A stretch of DNA of 64,000 bases from Rhodospirillaceae bacterium. Lineage in GTDB: Bacteria; Pseudomonadota; Alphaproteobacteria; UBA6615. Position 1 is the first letter of the stretch, and each line of letters opens with the position of its first letter. Both the position numbers and the translations under genes were made by a program. The stretch is taken from contig JABJEK010000058.1 of NCBI GenBank assembly GCA_018702955.1, positions 47,150 through 111,149 on the forward strand, given 5' to 3'. This document shows, one piece after another, positions 41,509-52,218 of this stretch. A model generated the notes under the pieces. The model was not told where the DNA came from and did not search any database. It was given only the letters and a program-made list of their open reading frames with translations.

Positions 41509-43483
41509 CATCGACACCTTCTCGAACATCAAGGGCGGTTTCCCGTTCTTCAAGGCCGCCGGCCACCCGGCAGCCGCCCCGCTGGCAAAGGACATGATCT
41601 CGCGCCTTGCCGCCGCCCGCGCCATCGCGATCTATGATCCTTCGGGGTTCGCGCCGGCGCTCGCGGAGCTGTTTCCGCTCGCCACGCTCCCGGTCCAGGA
41701 AGTCCTGGTCCAGGATTTATCCGCACTCGGCCAGCCGGTGTTGGGCAAAACAGCCCAGCCCGTGACCGATCTGGCATCATCCACTGCATCGCACCTTCTG
41801 GTCGTTGCCTTCGACGCGGACAAAGTGCTGCGCGACATCTCGCAGCTCGTACCGGATGGCATGGAAATCATCACACTCGATGAACTTCGGTTGCCAAAGG
41901 ACCGGCAGACCAACAAGCAGCGCTACCTCGATCCGCAGAACTTCGCGACCAACTACGCCTTCTTCCGCGACGTCCCCGACGGGCGCGGCGGGCGCCTGCA
42001 CACCCGGGTGGCAACCGCCAACTACTGGCACCGCTATGGCGGTGCGAATGTCACGCTGTGGCTGACCCTCATCGACGAACAGGGCGAGACCTGCGCCCAG
42101 TGGGATCTGGCATTGCCCGACGCGCCGGGCGGCGTGACCATCGACAGCGCGGAAGTCTGCACGCGGTTCGGGCTCGAGGACTTCACCGGCCAATTGTTTA
42201 TCCACGCGATCGGCGCGACCGGGCACGACATCGTCAAATACGCACTCGACACCTATGGCGACGACCCGCGTGACCTGTCATGCACCCATGACGCCAATGC
42301 CTGGCCTGCGGATTATTTTGCCGGTCTTCCCGCGCCAAAGCCCGACGAACGGGTGGTCCTGTGGATTCAGAACAGCCACCCCTGCCCCATCCCGTCGGGG
42401 ACCGTCGGCCTCAACCTCATGGGCGACGACCAGACCGTCTGGCTCGACCGCGAGATCGAACCCTTCGGGACCTATGCGCTCGACGCCGCGGACCTGCTAC
42501 CGGATGCGCAATGGCCCGCGCAGATCGAGGTCAATGCCGGCAAGCATTTCGTGCGCCCGCGCTATGAGATCGAATCCCTGTCCAACGGGACCGGCGACCA
42601 GGTCGAACGTCGACGCACCGCTCATATGAACGTCGAGCGCACGGACCTCGAGCCCGACCCCCGGATCGCCGAGATCGGCAATCTGATGGGCAAGGGCTTC
42701 ATCTTGCCCGCGCCGATCCTACCACGTGACAGCTTCCGGTCCATCGCGCTACCGACGCCCATGTCGACAACCCAGGAAACCCTGCCGCTGCGCGCGCTGA
42801 TCTACGATGCCGCCGGGCAGGAGGTCGGCCAGCATGCCTTCGGCGAGCTCGCACGCGCGGACAGTGTCGCACTCGACGTGGACGATGTTCTCAACGGCTC
42901 GGATGCGCTCCGCGACACCGCCGGCCATATGGAACTGATCTATGATTTCGGGGTCGCCACCCGCGGGGTCGACGGCTGGCTGCACGGGCTGTTCCGCTAT
43001 GAGGCCCGCGGATCGGGACACGCGGCGGAGACCAGCTTCGGCGCGCATATCTTCAACACCGTCCTGACCTGGAACAACGAGCCGCAATCCTACTCCGGCG
43101 CGCCGCCGGGGCTGTCGACGCGGCTGTATCTGCGCACCGACCCTGCGATGGCGGTCGCCGAAGACGACCATGACACCTTCTGCCAACTGATCTATCCCGC
43201 CTCGACGCCGTGGCACGCGACCTCGGAGACCCAGCTGCTGCTGCACGACGGCGCCGGCCATGTTGTGGCCGAGGAGAGCCTGCAGATCGCCTGCGGCGGG
43301 TCGGTCCATTTCCGGCTCAGTGAGACCTTCGATGCCAAGGCACGCGCGGCGGCGGCCGAACCCGGTGCCGCCGGCGGCGGCTACGTGCTGATCCGTGACA
43401 CGACTTGCCGCCTTTTCGGGTATCATGGCCTGATCGCGCGCGATGGCAATGCCTTCTCGCTCGATCATATGTTCGGGTTCTAG
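41498..43483 (+). CDS. Large hypothetical protein (661 aa) with repeated beta-rich modules
   Basis: Long ORF with genome-typical GC3; overlaps the oxygenase stop by 11 nt; no family recognised. Confidence 0.8.
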   Translation: MTLNIDTFSNIKGGFPFFKAAGHPAAAPLAKDMISRLAAARAIAIYDPSGFAPALAELFPLATLPVQEVLVQDLSALGQPVLGKTAQPVTDLASSTASHLLVVAFDADKVLRDISQLVPDGMEIITLDELRLPKDRQTNKQRYLDPQNFATNYAFFRDVPDGRGGRLHTRVATANYWHRYGGANVTLWLTLIDEQGETCAQWDLALPDAPGGVTIDSAEVCTRFGLEDFTGQLFIHAIGATGHDIVKYALDTYGDDPRDLSCTHDANAWPADYFAGLPAPKPDERVVLWIQNSHPCPIPSGTVGLNLMGDDQTVWLDREIEPFGTYALDAADLLPDAQWPAQIEVNAGKHFVRPRYEIESLSNGTGDQVERRRTAHMNVERTDLEPDPRIAEIGNLMGKGFILPAPILPRDSFRSIALPTPMSTTQETLPLRALIYDAAGQEVGQHAFGELARADSVALDVDDVLNGSDALRDTAGHMELIYDFGVATRGVDGWLHGLFRYEARGSGHAAETSFGAHIFNTVLTWNNEPQSYSGAPPGLSTRLYLRTDPAMAVAEDDHDTFCQLIYPASTPWHATSETQLLLHDGAGHVVAEESLQIACGGSVHFRLSETFDAKARAAAAEPGAAGGGYVLIRDTTCRLFGYHGLIARDGNAFSLDHMFGF

Positions 43484-43570
43484 CCGCCTCTCACGAAGGC
43501 AACTCGCCACACCCCAGACCCGGTGCTAACCTCTGTCCGAGGGACAAAGCATTTCTTTCTGGGGGATCAC

Positions 43571-44422
43571 ATGAAAATCCGATTTATTGCACCGGCGTTC
43601 GCGCTGGCGCTGCTGGGCACTCTCGGTCTCGGCTCGACCGTCGCCACTGCCGAAACGCTGCTGGAACGCGGCACTTATCTGATGCAGTCGATCGTCGCCT
43701 GCGGCAACTGCCATACGCCGAAGGGGCCCAATGGAGACATTCCGGGCATGGAACTGGCCGGCATGGCGCCGTTCGAAAAGACACCGGCCTTTGACGCCAA
43801 TGCGCCAAACATCACCCAGGACAAGGAAACCGGGATCGGCAACTGGACCGACGCACAGATCATCGCATCTATCCGCGAGGGCAAACGCCCGGACGGCTCG
43901 ATCATCGGTCCGCCGATGCCGATCGGTCTGTACCGCGGCTTGTCCGACTGGGACGTGCAGGCGATTGTTGCCTATCTGCGCACAGTAAAACCAATCAAAA
44001 ACGAGATTCCCAAGTCGGTCTACCGAATCCCGCTGCCGCCGGCCTATGGCCCACCGGTTGGGTCAGTGCCGTCCATCTCGCCCGACGACCGGGTTGCCTA
44101 TGGCGCCTATCTCGCCGGTCCGGCCGGACATTGTGTCGAATGCCATTCGCCGCTCGGCGACAAGGGTCCCGACTGGGTCAACAATCTGGGTGCGGGCGGG
44201 TTCGAGTTTCACGGCCCCTGGGGCGTGAGCATCTCGTCGAACATCACCCCGAAGGGTTTGGGGGACCGCAGCTACGCGGAGATTCGCCAGATGATCACAA
44301 CCGGCACGCGACCCGACGGCTCGCGGATGCTGCCGCCGATGGCATATGCGTACTACGCCAACATCAAGGAGGAAGATCTGCTCGCCATCGTCGCCTATCT
44401 GCGAACGCTGCCCGTGAAATAG
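43571..44422 (+). CDS. Periplasmic di-haem cytochrome c
   Basis: Signal peptide; CGNCH and CVECH motifs in an internal duplication. Confidence 0.9.
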   Translation: MKIRFIAPAFALALLGTLGLGSTVATAETLLERGTYLMQSIVACGNCHTPKGPNGDIPGMELAGMAPFEKTPAFDANAPNITQDKETGIGNWTDAQIIASIREGKRPDGSIIGPPMPIGLYRGLSDWDVQAIVAYLRTVKPIKNEIPKSVYRIPLPPAYGPPVGSVPSISPDDRVAYGAYLAGPAGHCVECHSPLGDKGPDWVNNLGAGGFEFHGPWGVSISSNITPKGLGDRSYAEIRQMITTGTRPDGSRMLPPMAYAYYANIKEEDLLAIVAYLRTLPVK

Positions 44423-44433
44423 GAAAACCAGTC

Positions 44434-45177
44434 ATGGCCGAGAAAGAGTTCGACATCACGACCCCCGACGGGACCATGTCCACCTTCGCGGCGTGGCCCG
44501 ACCCGGGTGAGCATGGCGAAGGCCCCTACCCGGTGATCGTCATGTATATGGACGCGCCGGGCATCCGCGAGGAACTGCGGGACTTCGCACGGCGCATCGC
44601 GGGTCAGGGTTACTACGCGGTGCTGCCGGACCTCTACTACCGGCTCGGGTTGCTGCGTTTCAATCTGGCGGAGCGCACCGAGAAGATGGGCGAGATGATC
44701 TTTGCCGCCTGGCACAGCCTGACGAATGCGGGCGTCGCCAGCGACACGGGCGCGATCCTGTCGGCACTCGGCGACGAAGCGGCGGCCTCGGACGGCCCGA
44801 TGGGCTGCGTCGGCTATTGCATGAGCGGCGCCTTCATCACCACGGTCGCGGGCCGATTTCCCGACCGCTTTGCCGCCAGTGTCTCGCTCTACGGGGTCTG
44901 GATCGTCACAGAGCATGAGGATTCCCCCCACCTGCTGGTACCGCAAATCGAGGGTGAGCTGTACTACGCGTTTGCCGAGCATGATCAGTGGGTGCCGGAC
45001 AATGTGATCCCCGACCTTAAGGCGACACTCGACGCAAACGGGGTACCCCATGAGATCGAAACGTTCCCCGGCACCGAGCACGGCTTCGCGTTTCCACAGC
45101 GCCCGATCTATCACGAGCCGTCGGCCGAGATCGTCTGGGGCAAGATGTTCGAGCTCTACGCGCGGGTGTTGGGTTAG
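44434..45177 (+). CDS. Dienelactone hydrolase family protein
   Basis: GYCMSG nucleophile elbow, LPDLYYR and HGFAFP motifs. Confidence 0.9.
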   Translation: MAEKEFDITTPDGTMSTFAAWPDPGEHGEGPYPVIVMYMDAPGIREELRDFARRIAGQGYYAVLPDLYYRLGLLRFNLAERTEKMGEMIFAAWHSLTNAGVASDTGAILSALGDEAAASDGPMGCVGYCMSGAFITTVAGRFPDRFAASVSLYGVWIVTEHEDSPHLLVPQIEGELYYAFAEHDQWVPDNVIPDLKATLDANGVPHEIETFPGTEHGFAFPQRPIYHEPSAEIVWGKMFELYARVLG

Positions 45178-45279
45178 CCCCAAAACCGTACCTCATAGCC
45201 GTGTTGCCGGATCAGGTCGCGCAAGGCAAACGGCAGAAAGAACTGTCGGTTCCAGAACAGGCATATTCGGGAGAACATC

Positions 45280-46089
45280 ATGGAATACTCACTTTCGGTA
45301 AACCACTACATCTGCGACGAGAAAACGCCGTTTCCCAGATTTGCCGAGATGGTTCAAAAAGCCGGTATTGGCTCGGTCGGCGTTACCCGTGCGGCGTTGT
45401 TTGAAATGGGTGTACCCGCGCTTGGCCAATGCCTGAAAGACAACGGCCTGGGCGTATCGTCGCTCTGCAGCGCGGGATACTTCACCGGCACGCAACCGGA
45501 GACAAAGGCAAAATTCGACGATGGCGAAATGATCGACATCGCCGCGGAACTCGGCGCTGCGACCCTGACAGTCATCAGCGACGGCGCCGGCGATCCGGCC
45601 CAGCCCTTTGCCGATGCCTACGCTCTCGTCGAAACCGGCCTGGCGAAGATGGCAGCACAGGCTGAGGCAAAAGGGGTGATCCTGGGCGTTGAGCCAATTC
45701 ATCCCAATCACATCCTGGCGAGGGGCTGTATCAACACGATCGCCCATGCGCTGAAGATCGTGGAACCTCATGCCAGCGCCAGGTTATTGCTCGACTTCAA
45801 TCATTCCTGGTGGGACCCCGACTTTCCGGATTTGCTGACCCGGGCACCGGAAACGGTCGCGCTGATCCAGATGTGCAATCTGAAATTCAAAGATGGTTAT
45901 GCCGTCGGACGTGAAACATTGTCCGGTGGCGATCTGGATATGGGACAGATGATACGTGAACTGACGGCCGGTGGATTCCAAGGCCCTTTCGAGTTCGAGC
46001 TTTTCCCGGGCGATCTGCGCGGCCGGGATATCCAGACGCTGATTTCCGATTATGCAAAGGAATTCGCAGAGAGCGTTGCTGCGGTGTAA
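45280..46089 (+). CDS. Sugar phosphate isomerase/epimerase (xylose isomerase-like TIM barrel)
   Basis: LGVEPIHP, CINT, LDFNHSWWD and FEFELF motifs. Confidence 0.8.
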   Translation: MEYSLSVNHYICDEKTPFPRFAEMVQKAGIGSVGVTRAALFEMGVPALGQCLKDNGLGVSSLCSAGYFTGTQPETKAKFDDGEMIDIAAELGAATLTVISDGAGDPAQPFADAYALVETGLAKMAAQAEAKGVILGVEPIHPNHILARGCINTIAHALKIVEPHASARLLLDFNHSWWDPDFPDLLTRAPETVALIQMCNLKFKDGYAVGRETLSGGDLDMGQMIRELTAGGFQGPFEFELFPGDLRGRDIQTLISDYAKEFAESVAAV

Positions 46090-46218
46090 CGCCGTGCCGG
46101 AAGCGCGTGGGTTCGCACCACGGCGTCCAGACACCCTCACCGTCAGGCTTGCACTCCCCCGCCCGCCTTGGGAAACTCGGCGGCAACGAAAACATCCGTG
46201 TCCCCGGGAGAAAACACC

Positions 46219-47328
<1,110 letters not shown>

Positions 47329-47387
47329 CTTGACTGCCTGACGTGGCATTCTGAACCTGACTTCACGGGTGAGTTTCCCCCAGACGG

Positions 47388-47416
47388 CTTGCCACCCGCC
47401 GGTGTGCCAACTATCT
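47388..47416 (+). promoter_or_regulatory. Possible RpoH-type promoter for trxB
   Basis: CTTGCC-N16-ACTATCT resembles the alphaproteobacterial RpoH consensus as recalled (CTTGAA-N16-CCTATAT). Confidence 0.35.
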
Positions 47417-47490
47417 AACTATCAGCAACAGGGCAGGCCCGCGCCGCAGCGCACACCGCCGCAACAAACAACCCAGAGGACGCTCGCACC

Positions 47491-48462
47491 ATGTCCGAGA
47501 CCCATCACACCAAGGTTCTGATCCTTGGTTCCGGCGCCGCCGGCTGCACCGCGGCCATCTACGCCGCCCGCGCCAACCTGAAACCCATGATGGTGCACGG
47601 CATGCAGCCGGGTGGTCAGCTGACGATCACGACGGAAGTCGAGAACTATCCCGGCTTTGCCGACGTAATCCAGGGCCCCTGGCTCATGGAACAGATGGTC
47701 GAACAGGCCGAGAAAGTCGGTACGGAGATCTTCGACGATCTGATCGTTGATGTGGATTTCAGCACCCGGCCCTTCACCTGCACCGGAGATTCCGGCGATA
47801 TTTACACCGGCGACACGGTCATCGTGGCAACGGGCGCATCGGCCAAGTGGCTGGGCCTCGAAAGCGAACAGAAGTTCTCGGGCTTCGGCGTGTCGGCTTG
47901 TGCGACCTGCGACGGGTTTTTCTACCGCGACAAACCGGTCGCCGTGATCGGCGGCGGCAACACGGCCGTCGAGGAAGCGCTGTTCCTCACCAATTTCGCC
48001 TCCAAGGTGACCCTGATCCATCGGCGCGACGAACTTCGTGCCGAAAAGATCATGCAGGATCGCCTGATGCGTCACGAGAAGATCGACGTTGCCTGGGATA
48101 CGGTCCTGGAAGAGGTCGTGGGCACCGAAGACCCGCCGGGCGTGACCGGGGCCAAGCTCAAGAACATCAAAAGCGGCGACAGCCAGGATCTGGAAGTGGA
48201 CGGCGTCTTCATCGCCATCGGGCATGACCCGAACACCAAGATATTCCAGGGCAAACTGGACATGGACGACGAAGGCTACCTCATCACCGCGCCCGACAGC
48301 ACCGAGACCAACATTCCCGGTGTGTTCGCCGCAGGCGACGTCAAAGACAAGATTTATCGTCAGGCCGTGACCGCAGCCGGGATGGGCTGCATGGCCGCAC
48401 TCGAAGCCGCGAAGTATGTTGCGGAGCATGAAGACGCGGCCACGCAGAACGCGGCCGAATAA
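47491..48462 (+). CDS. trxB: Thioredoxin-disulfide reductase
   Basis: [28 protein letters not shown] and GVFAAGDV motifs. Confidence 0.98.
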   Translation: MSETHHTKVLILGSGAAGCTAAIYAARANLKPMMVHGMQPGGQLTITTEVENYPGFADVIQGPWLMEQMVEQAEKVGTEIFDDLIVDVDFSTRPFTCTGDSGDIYTGDTVIVATGASAKWLGLESEQKFSGFGVSACATCDGFFYRDKPVAVIGGGNTAVEEALFLTNFASKVTLIHRRDELRAEKIMQDRLMRHEKIDVAWDTVLEEVVGTEDPPGVTGAKLKNIKSGDSQDLEVDGVFIAIGHDPNTKIFQGKLDMDDEGYLITAPDSTETNIPGVFAAGDVKDKIYRQAVTAAGMGCMAALEAAKYVAEHEDAATQNAAE

Positions 48463-48514
48463 ACCAGCGCACACGCAATATCGCATCGCGCACCTCCCCG
48501 GGGGGAACGGCCTT

Positions 48515-49414
48515 ATGGCCATGGATTGGGACAAACTGCGGATTTTTCATGCCGTCGCAGACGCCGGCAGCTTCACCCATGCGGGCGAAGCCCTGCATCT
48601 GAGCCAGTCGGCGGTCAGCCGGCAAATCAGCTCCCTCGAGGACAGCCTTGGTTCGCGGCTGTTCCACCGCCATGCGCGCGGCCTGATCCTGACCGAACAG
48701 GGCGAGCTGTTGTACCGCACCGTGCACGATGTTTTCGCCAAACTGACGATGGTCGAGGCCCGGCTGACGGATTCCCAGGAACGCCCCCAGGGGCCGCTGA
48801 AGATCGCCACGACCGTCGGTCTGGGATCACTTTGGCTGACGCCGAGAATCAACGAGTTCATCGACCTGTACCCGGATATCGAGGTGAACCTGATCACCAC
48901 CGACGAAGAGCTCGATGTCTCCATGCGAGAGGCCGATTGTGCGATCCGGCTAACCCCGCCGACCCAGGGCGACCTGATCCAGCGCCGCCTCACCCGGGTC
49001 CACACCCATGTCTTCGCGTCACCGGAATACCTGCAAAGCCGGGGCATGCCCGAGAAAGTCAGGGATCTGGCGAACCACGACCTGATCGTCTACGGCGAGG
49101 ATGTCGCAATGCCCGCGCCAAATATCAACTGGCTGCTGAACGCCGTGCGTGACGCGACCAACGAGGAACCCCGCAAGGTCCTGACCCTGAATAACCTGTA
49201 CGGCATGTTCCGCGCGGTTGAGGCGGGGATCGGGGTGGCCGGATTACCGGACTTTCTTGCCCGGGAAGCGAAGAATCTGGTGCGAATCCTGCCTGAACTC
49301 GAGGGGCCGGGAAACGATGCGTATTTCGTATATCCGGAAGAAATGCGGAGTTCCAAGCGAATTGCGGTTTTCCGCGATTTTCTGCTCGGAAAAGTCGCCG
49401 AAACCCGCTTCTAA
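48515..49414 (+). CDS. LysR family regulator, probable LsrB/VtlR orthologue
   Basis: MDWDKLRIFHAVADAGSFTHAG HTH; lies directly downstream of trxB, as lsrB does in rhizobia. Confidence 0.9.
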   Translation: MAMDWDKLRIFHAVADAGSFTHAGEALHLSQSAVSRQISSLEDSLGSRLFHRHARGLILTEQGELLYRTVHDVFAKLTMVEARLTDSQERPQGPLKIATTVGLGSLWLTPRINEFIDLYPDIEVNLITTDEELDVSMREADCAIRLTPPTQGDLIQRRLTRVHTHVFASPEYLQSRGMPEKVRDLANHDLIVYGEDVAMPAPNINWLLNAVRDATNEEPRKVLTLNNLYGMFRAVEAGIGVAGLPDFLAREAKNLVRILPELEGPGNDAYFVYPEEMRSSKRIAVFRDFLLGKVAETRF

Positions 49415-49458
49415 AATACGGGCTTCTCCCAAGCCGCTGAAATCAAACAATTTTAAGG

Positions 49459-49475
49459 TATGCAATACGCGCATA
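49459..49475. promoter_or_regulatory. LysR-type binding box
   Basis: Perfect TATGC-N7-GCATA (T-N11-A core), about 66 bp upstream of the inferred sRNA start. Confidence 0.65.
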
Positions 49476-49532
49476 TCTGGTTAACGGTTTAGCGGCCGCC
49501 TCCTCAGGGCGTTGGCGCACTATCATTGGGTA

Positions 49533-49681
49533 CACACGGTGCGACACGCACCACGCCGCTGGTTTGTCCCTCCCAGTAAACCAGTGGCTTCGAGGCCCCT
49601 GAACACGGCCTCGGCGTCTCCCAAAGACGTAACGCCTCCCTGTTCACCTGCCGGGCCCTTCGGGGCCCGGCTTTATTTTTT
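49533..49681 (+). ncRNA. Putative AbcR-like anti-Shine-Dalgarno sRNA (~150 nt)
   Basis: -10 TATCAT at 49521-49526; successive hairpins with CUCCCA in or next to two loops (49570-49575, 49618-49623); terminator at 49650-49681. Confidence 0.65.
49650..49681 (+). terminator. Rho-independent terminator of the putative sRNA
   Basis: GCCGGGCC-TTCGG-GGCCCGGC followed by TTTATTTTTTT. Confidence 0.85.
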
Positions 49682-49750
49682 GGATTTCGGGTTTGCGCAA
49701 GCACGCGCCTGAACACGCAGTCGGGCGTAGCCGCGACGCCGTGTCGGCGC

Positions 49751-50734
49751 CTAGCGGAAGTAGGAGTCGCCCGCGTCGGATGGATACATGCCGGCGACAA
49801 ACTCGGCATAACCATTGTAGAGCCTGGTCGGCACCCGGTCGTTCTGGCGACCGCCCAACAGCCACTCGGACGCCTGGCTCCAGCGCGGATGATCGATCTC
49901 CGGATTGACGTTGGCCCAGAAGCCGTACTCCTTGTCCTGCAGCGATTCCCAGAAGGTCGTGGGCTGCTTGTCCGTGAACGAGAAGCGGATGATCGACTTG
50001 ATGGATTTGAAACCATACTTCCACGGCACCGCCAGGCGGATCGGCGCGCCGTTTTGCGGCCGCACGGGCTTGCCGTACATGCCGGTGACCATGAAGGCGA
50101 GATCATTGGTCGCCTCTTCCATCGTCAGGCCTTCCTGATAAGGCCACGGATACCAGAACTGCCGCAGACCCGGCATCTCTGCCTTGCTCTCGGCGATTGT
50201 CTGCATCATCACATACTTCGCACCCGACGTCGGCTTGGCCAGATCGACCAGCTGCTTCATCGGAAATCCGGACCAGGGCACCGTCATTGCCCAGGCTTCG
50301 ACGCAGCGATGGCGATAGACCCGCTCCTCGAGCGAGACCTGTTTCAGCAGATCATCGATCCCGATCTCGAACTCCTTGTCGACCATGCCGTCGATGATGA
50401 TGTTCCAGGGGCGGGTCTCGAGGCGCTGTGCGGCGCGCGAAATCTGTTTGTGGGAGCCAAACTCATAGAAATTATTGTAGGTCGTCGCCTCTTTCTCTTC
50501 CGTCAGCGCGCGATCGACCGTGTATTTCTCGTTGCGCGGCACGGGATAGAGGCCAGCGGACGGATCGGGATCGGTCGCGGCCATCGCCATACCGGCGGGC
50601 AGCATGCTCGCGGTCGCCGCGATGGCGGGTGCGACACCCAGCGCTTTCACGATCTGACGGCGATTAAGATAGATATCCTCGGGCGTCACCGCGCTCTCCG
50701 GCAGCTCCCAGCCCCGCTTCACCTTCACAAGCAT
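49751..50734 (-). CDS. msrP: Protein-methionine-sulfoxide reductase catalytic subunit
   Basis: Tat signal NRRQIVK; TTYNNFYEFG, RHRCVEAW, NGAPIRLAVPWKYGFKSIK and PRWSQASE motifs. Confidence 0.95.
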   Translation of the reverse strand: MLVKVKRGWELPESAVTPEDIYLNRRQIVKALGVAPAIAATASMLPAGMAMAATDPDPSAGLYPVPRNEKYTVDRALTEEKEATTYNNFYEFGSHKQISRAAQRLETRPWNIIIDGMVDKEFEIGIDDLLKQVSLEERVYRHRCVEAWAMTVPWSGFPMKQLVDLAKPTSGAKYVMMQTIAESKAEMPGLRQFWYPWPYQEGLTMEEATNDLAFMVTGMYGKPVRPQNGAPIRLAVPWKYGFKSIKSIIRFSFTDKQPTTFWESLQDKEYGFWANVNPEIDHPRWSQASEWLLGGRQNDRVPTRLYNGYAEFVAGMYPSDAGDSYFR

Positions 50735-50868
50735 GTCAGTCTCCGTTTATTCGTGCGTGACCATACGATGGGGGTGCGCACGCCCGAAAACAAGTCACGG
50801 CTGCTTGAATTAAGCCAAACGGAATAAACTAGTGGTTCCGGTGTTATCCACCGGAAATCCAGGTGAAA

Positions 50869-52080
50869 TCAGGCAGATTGCGGGGACGAAAGCCGGGCGA
50901 CCGGCTCGTCACGTATCGGCCAGTGGAGTGCCGCCGCCAGCAGGCCGAGCAGGATCGAGGTGTACCAGACCGCGTTGTAGTTGCCGGTCACATCGAAGTT
51001 CAGGCCGCCAAGCCAGGACCCCAGGAATGCACCAATCTGGTGGCTGAGGAAGACCAGACCGAACAGCAACCCGAGATGGCGTGCGCCAAACATCTTGGCA
51101 ACCACACCGCTGGTCAGCGGCACGGTCGAGAGCCAGAGAAGACCGAATACACCCGAGAAGACCAATATCGTCGTCGCGGTCTTGGGCATCAGCATCATCC
51201 ACGCGATCAACAAAGCGCGCGCCAGATAGATCAGGGAGAGCAGATTCTTCTGCTTGAACCGGTTGCTGAGCACACCCGCTGCATAGGTGCCGAGTATGTT
51301 GCCGCCGCCAATGGCGAACAGCGCCCAACCCCCAACCGTCGCCGCGAGCCCGCACCAGGCGACGAAACCGGGCAGATGGGTGCCGATAAATGTGACGTGG
51401 AAACCGCACACAAAGAAGCCTGCGACCAGGAGCAGATAGCCGCGATTCTTGCGCGCCTCGCCGAGTGCCAGGGTCCAGCTCTGAGCTGCCACACCGGCCT
51501 CTTCGGAAGCCTTACCGCGGATCATCGCGCCAAGAGGGATCATCAACGCCACGATCACTGCGGTCGCCACGAGCGAAATTTCCCAGCCGAAGCCGCCAAT
51601 CACGATCTGGGTAAACGGGGGTATCAGGAACGGCCCGAGCGCCCCGATGGTACTGACAATCGCCATGGCGTAGGTGCGCCGCTCGGGTGCCACCATACGA
51701 GCGATCGCCCCGTAGACGACCGACATACCGACACCGCTCATCCCGAGCCCGATGAGAACGCCGCCAGTGATCAAAAGTTCCGTCGGCGTGACCGCACTCG
51801 CCATCCCGAGCACACCGAGCGCATAGAGGATCGCGCCCCCGACGATGACGCGGCCGGAGCCGTAACGGTCGGCGAGCCCGCCGGAAAATGGCTGTGCCAG
51901 CCCCCAAAGAAGATTTTGGATGGCCATCGCCAGGCCAAACAACCCGCGACTCCATTCAAGGTCGATCGTCATCGGCACCAGATACAGGCCAAACGCCTGG
52001 CGCACGCCGAGCACGACCGCGAGAAGGCCCGCACCCGCACCCATCACCATTATCTGTTGCCGGTTGAGTGCGAGGGACAT
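50869..52080 (-). CDS. MFS transporter
   Basis: GLADRYGSGRV motif A, AGFFVCGFHV and WLSTVPLTSG motifs; about 12 TM helices. Confidence 0.92.
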   Translation of the reverse strand: MSLALNRQQIMVMGAGAGLLAVVLGVRQAFGLYLVPMTIDLEWSRGLFGLAMAIQNLLWGLAQPFSGGLADRYGSGRVIVGGAILYALGVLGMASAVTPTELLITGGVLIGLGMSGVGMSVVYGAIARMVAPERRTYAMAIVSTIGALGPFLIPPFTQIVIGGFGWEISLVATAVIVALMIPLGAMIRGKASEEAGVAAQSWTLALGEARKNRGYLLLVAGFFVCGFHVTFIGTHLPGFVAWCGLAATVGGWALFAIGGGNILGTYAAGVLSNRFKQKNLLSLIYLARALLIAWMMLMPKTATTILVFSGVFGLLWLSTVPLTSGVVAKMFGARHLGLLFGLVFLSHQIGAFLGSWLGGLNFDVTGNYNAVWYTSILLGLLAAALHWPIRDEPVARLSSPQSA

Positions 52081-52218
52081 GACGACCTTCCGGTGTTTGG
52101 AACTACAAGCATGCACCGAGTATCGCTGCACTGAGCACAAAATTATGTGATTTCGAGAACATCGGACGCGCGACACCAAAAGTCGAGCCCGAACGCTGCA
52201 AGACAGCCGGACTTGTGC

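Noticed and set aside
49495-49511. CGCC-TCCTCAG-GGCG hairpin as part of the sRNA (cuckoo-like)
   Set aside because: It lies upstream of the best -10 element, so it is probably not transcribed with the sRNA; TSS mapping could overturn this.
50845-50853. DnaA-box-like TTATCCACC
   Set aside because: A single 8/9 match with no cluster of boxes or origin context.
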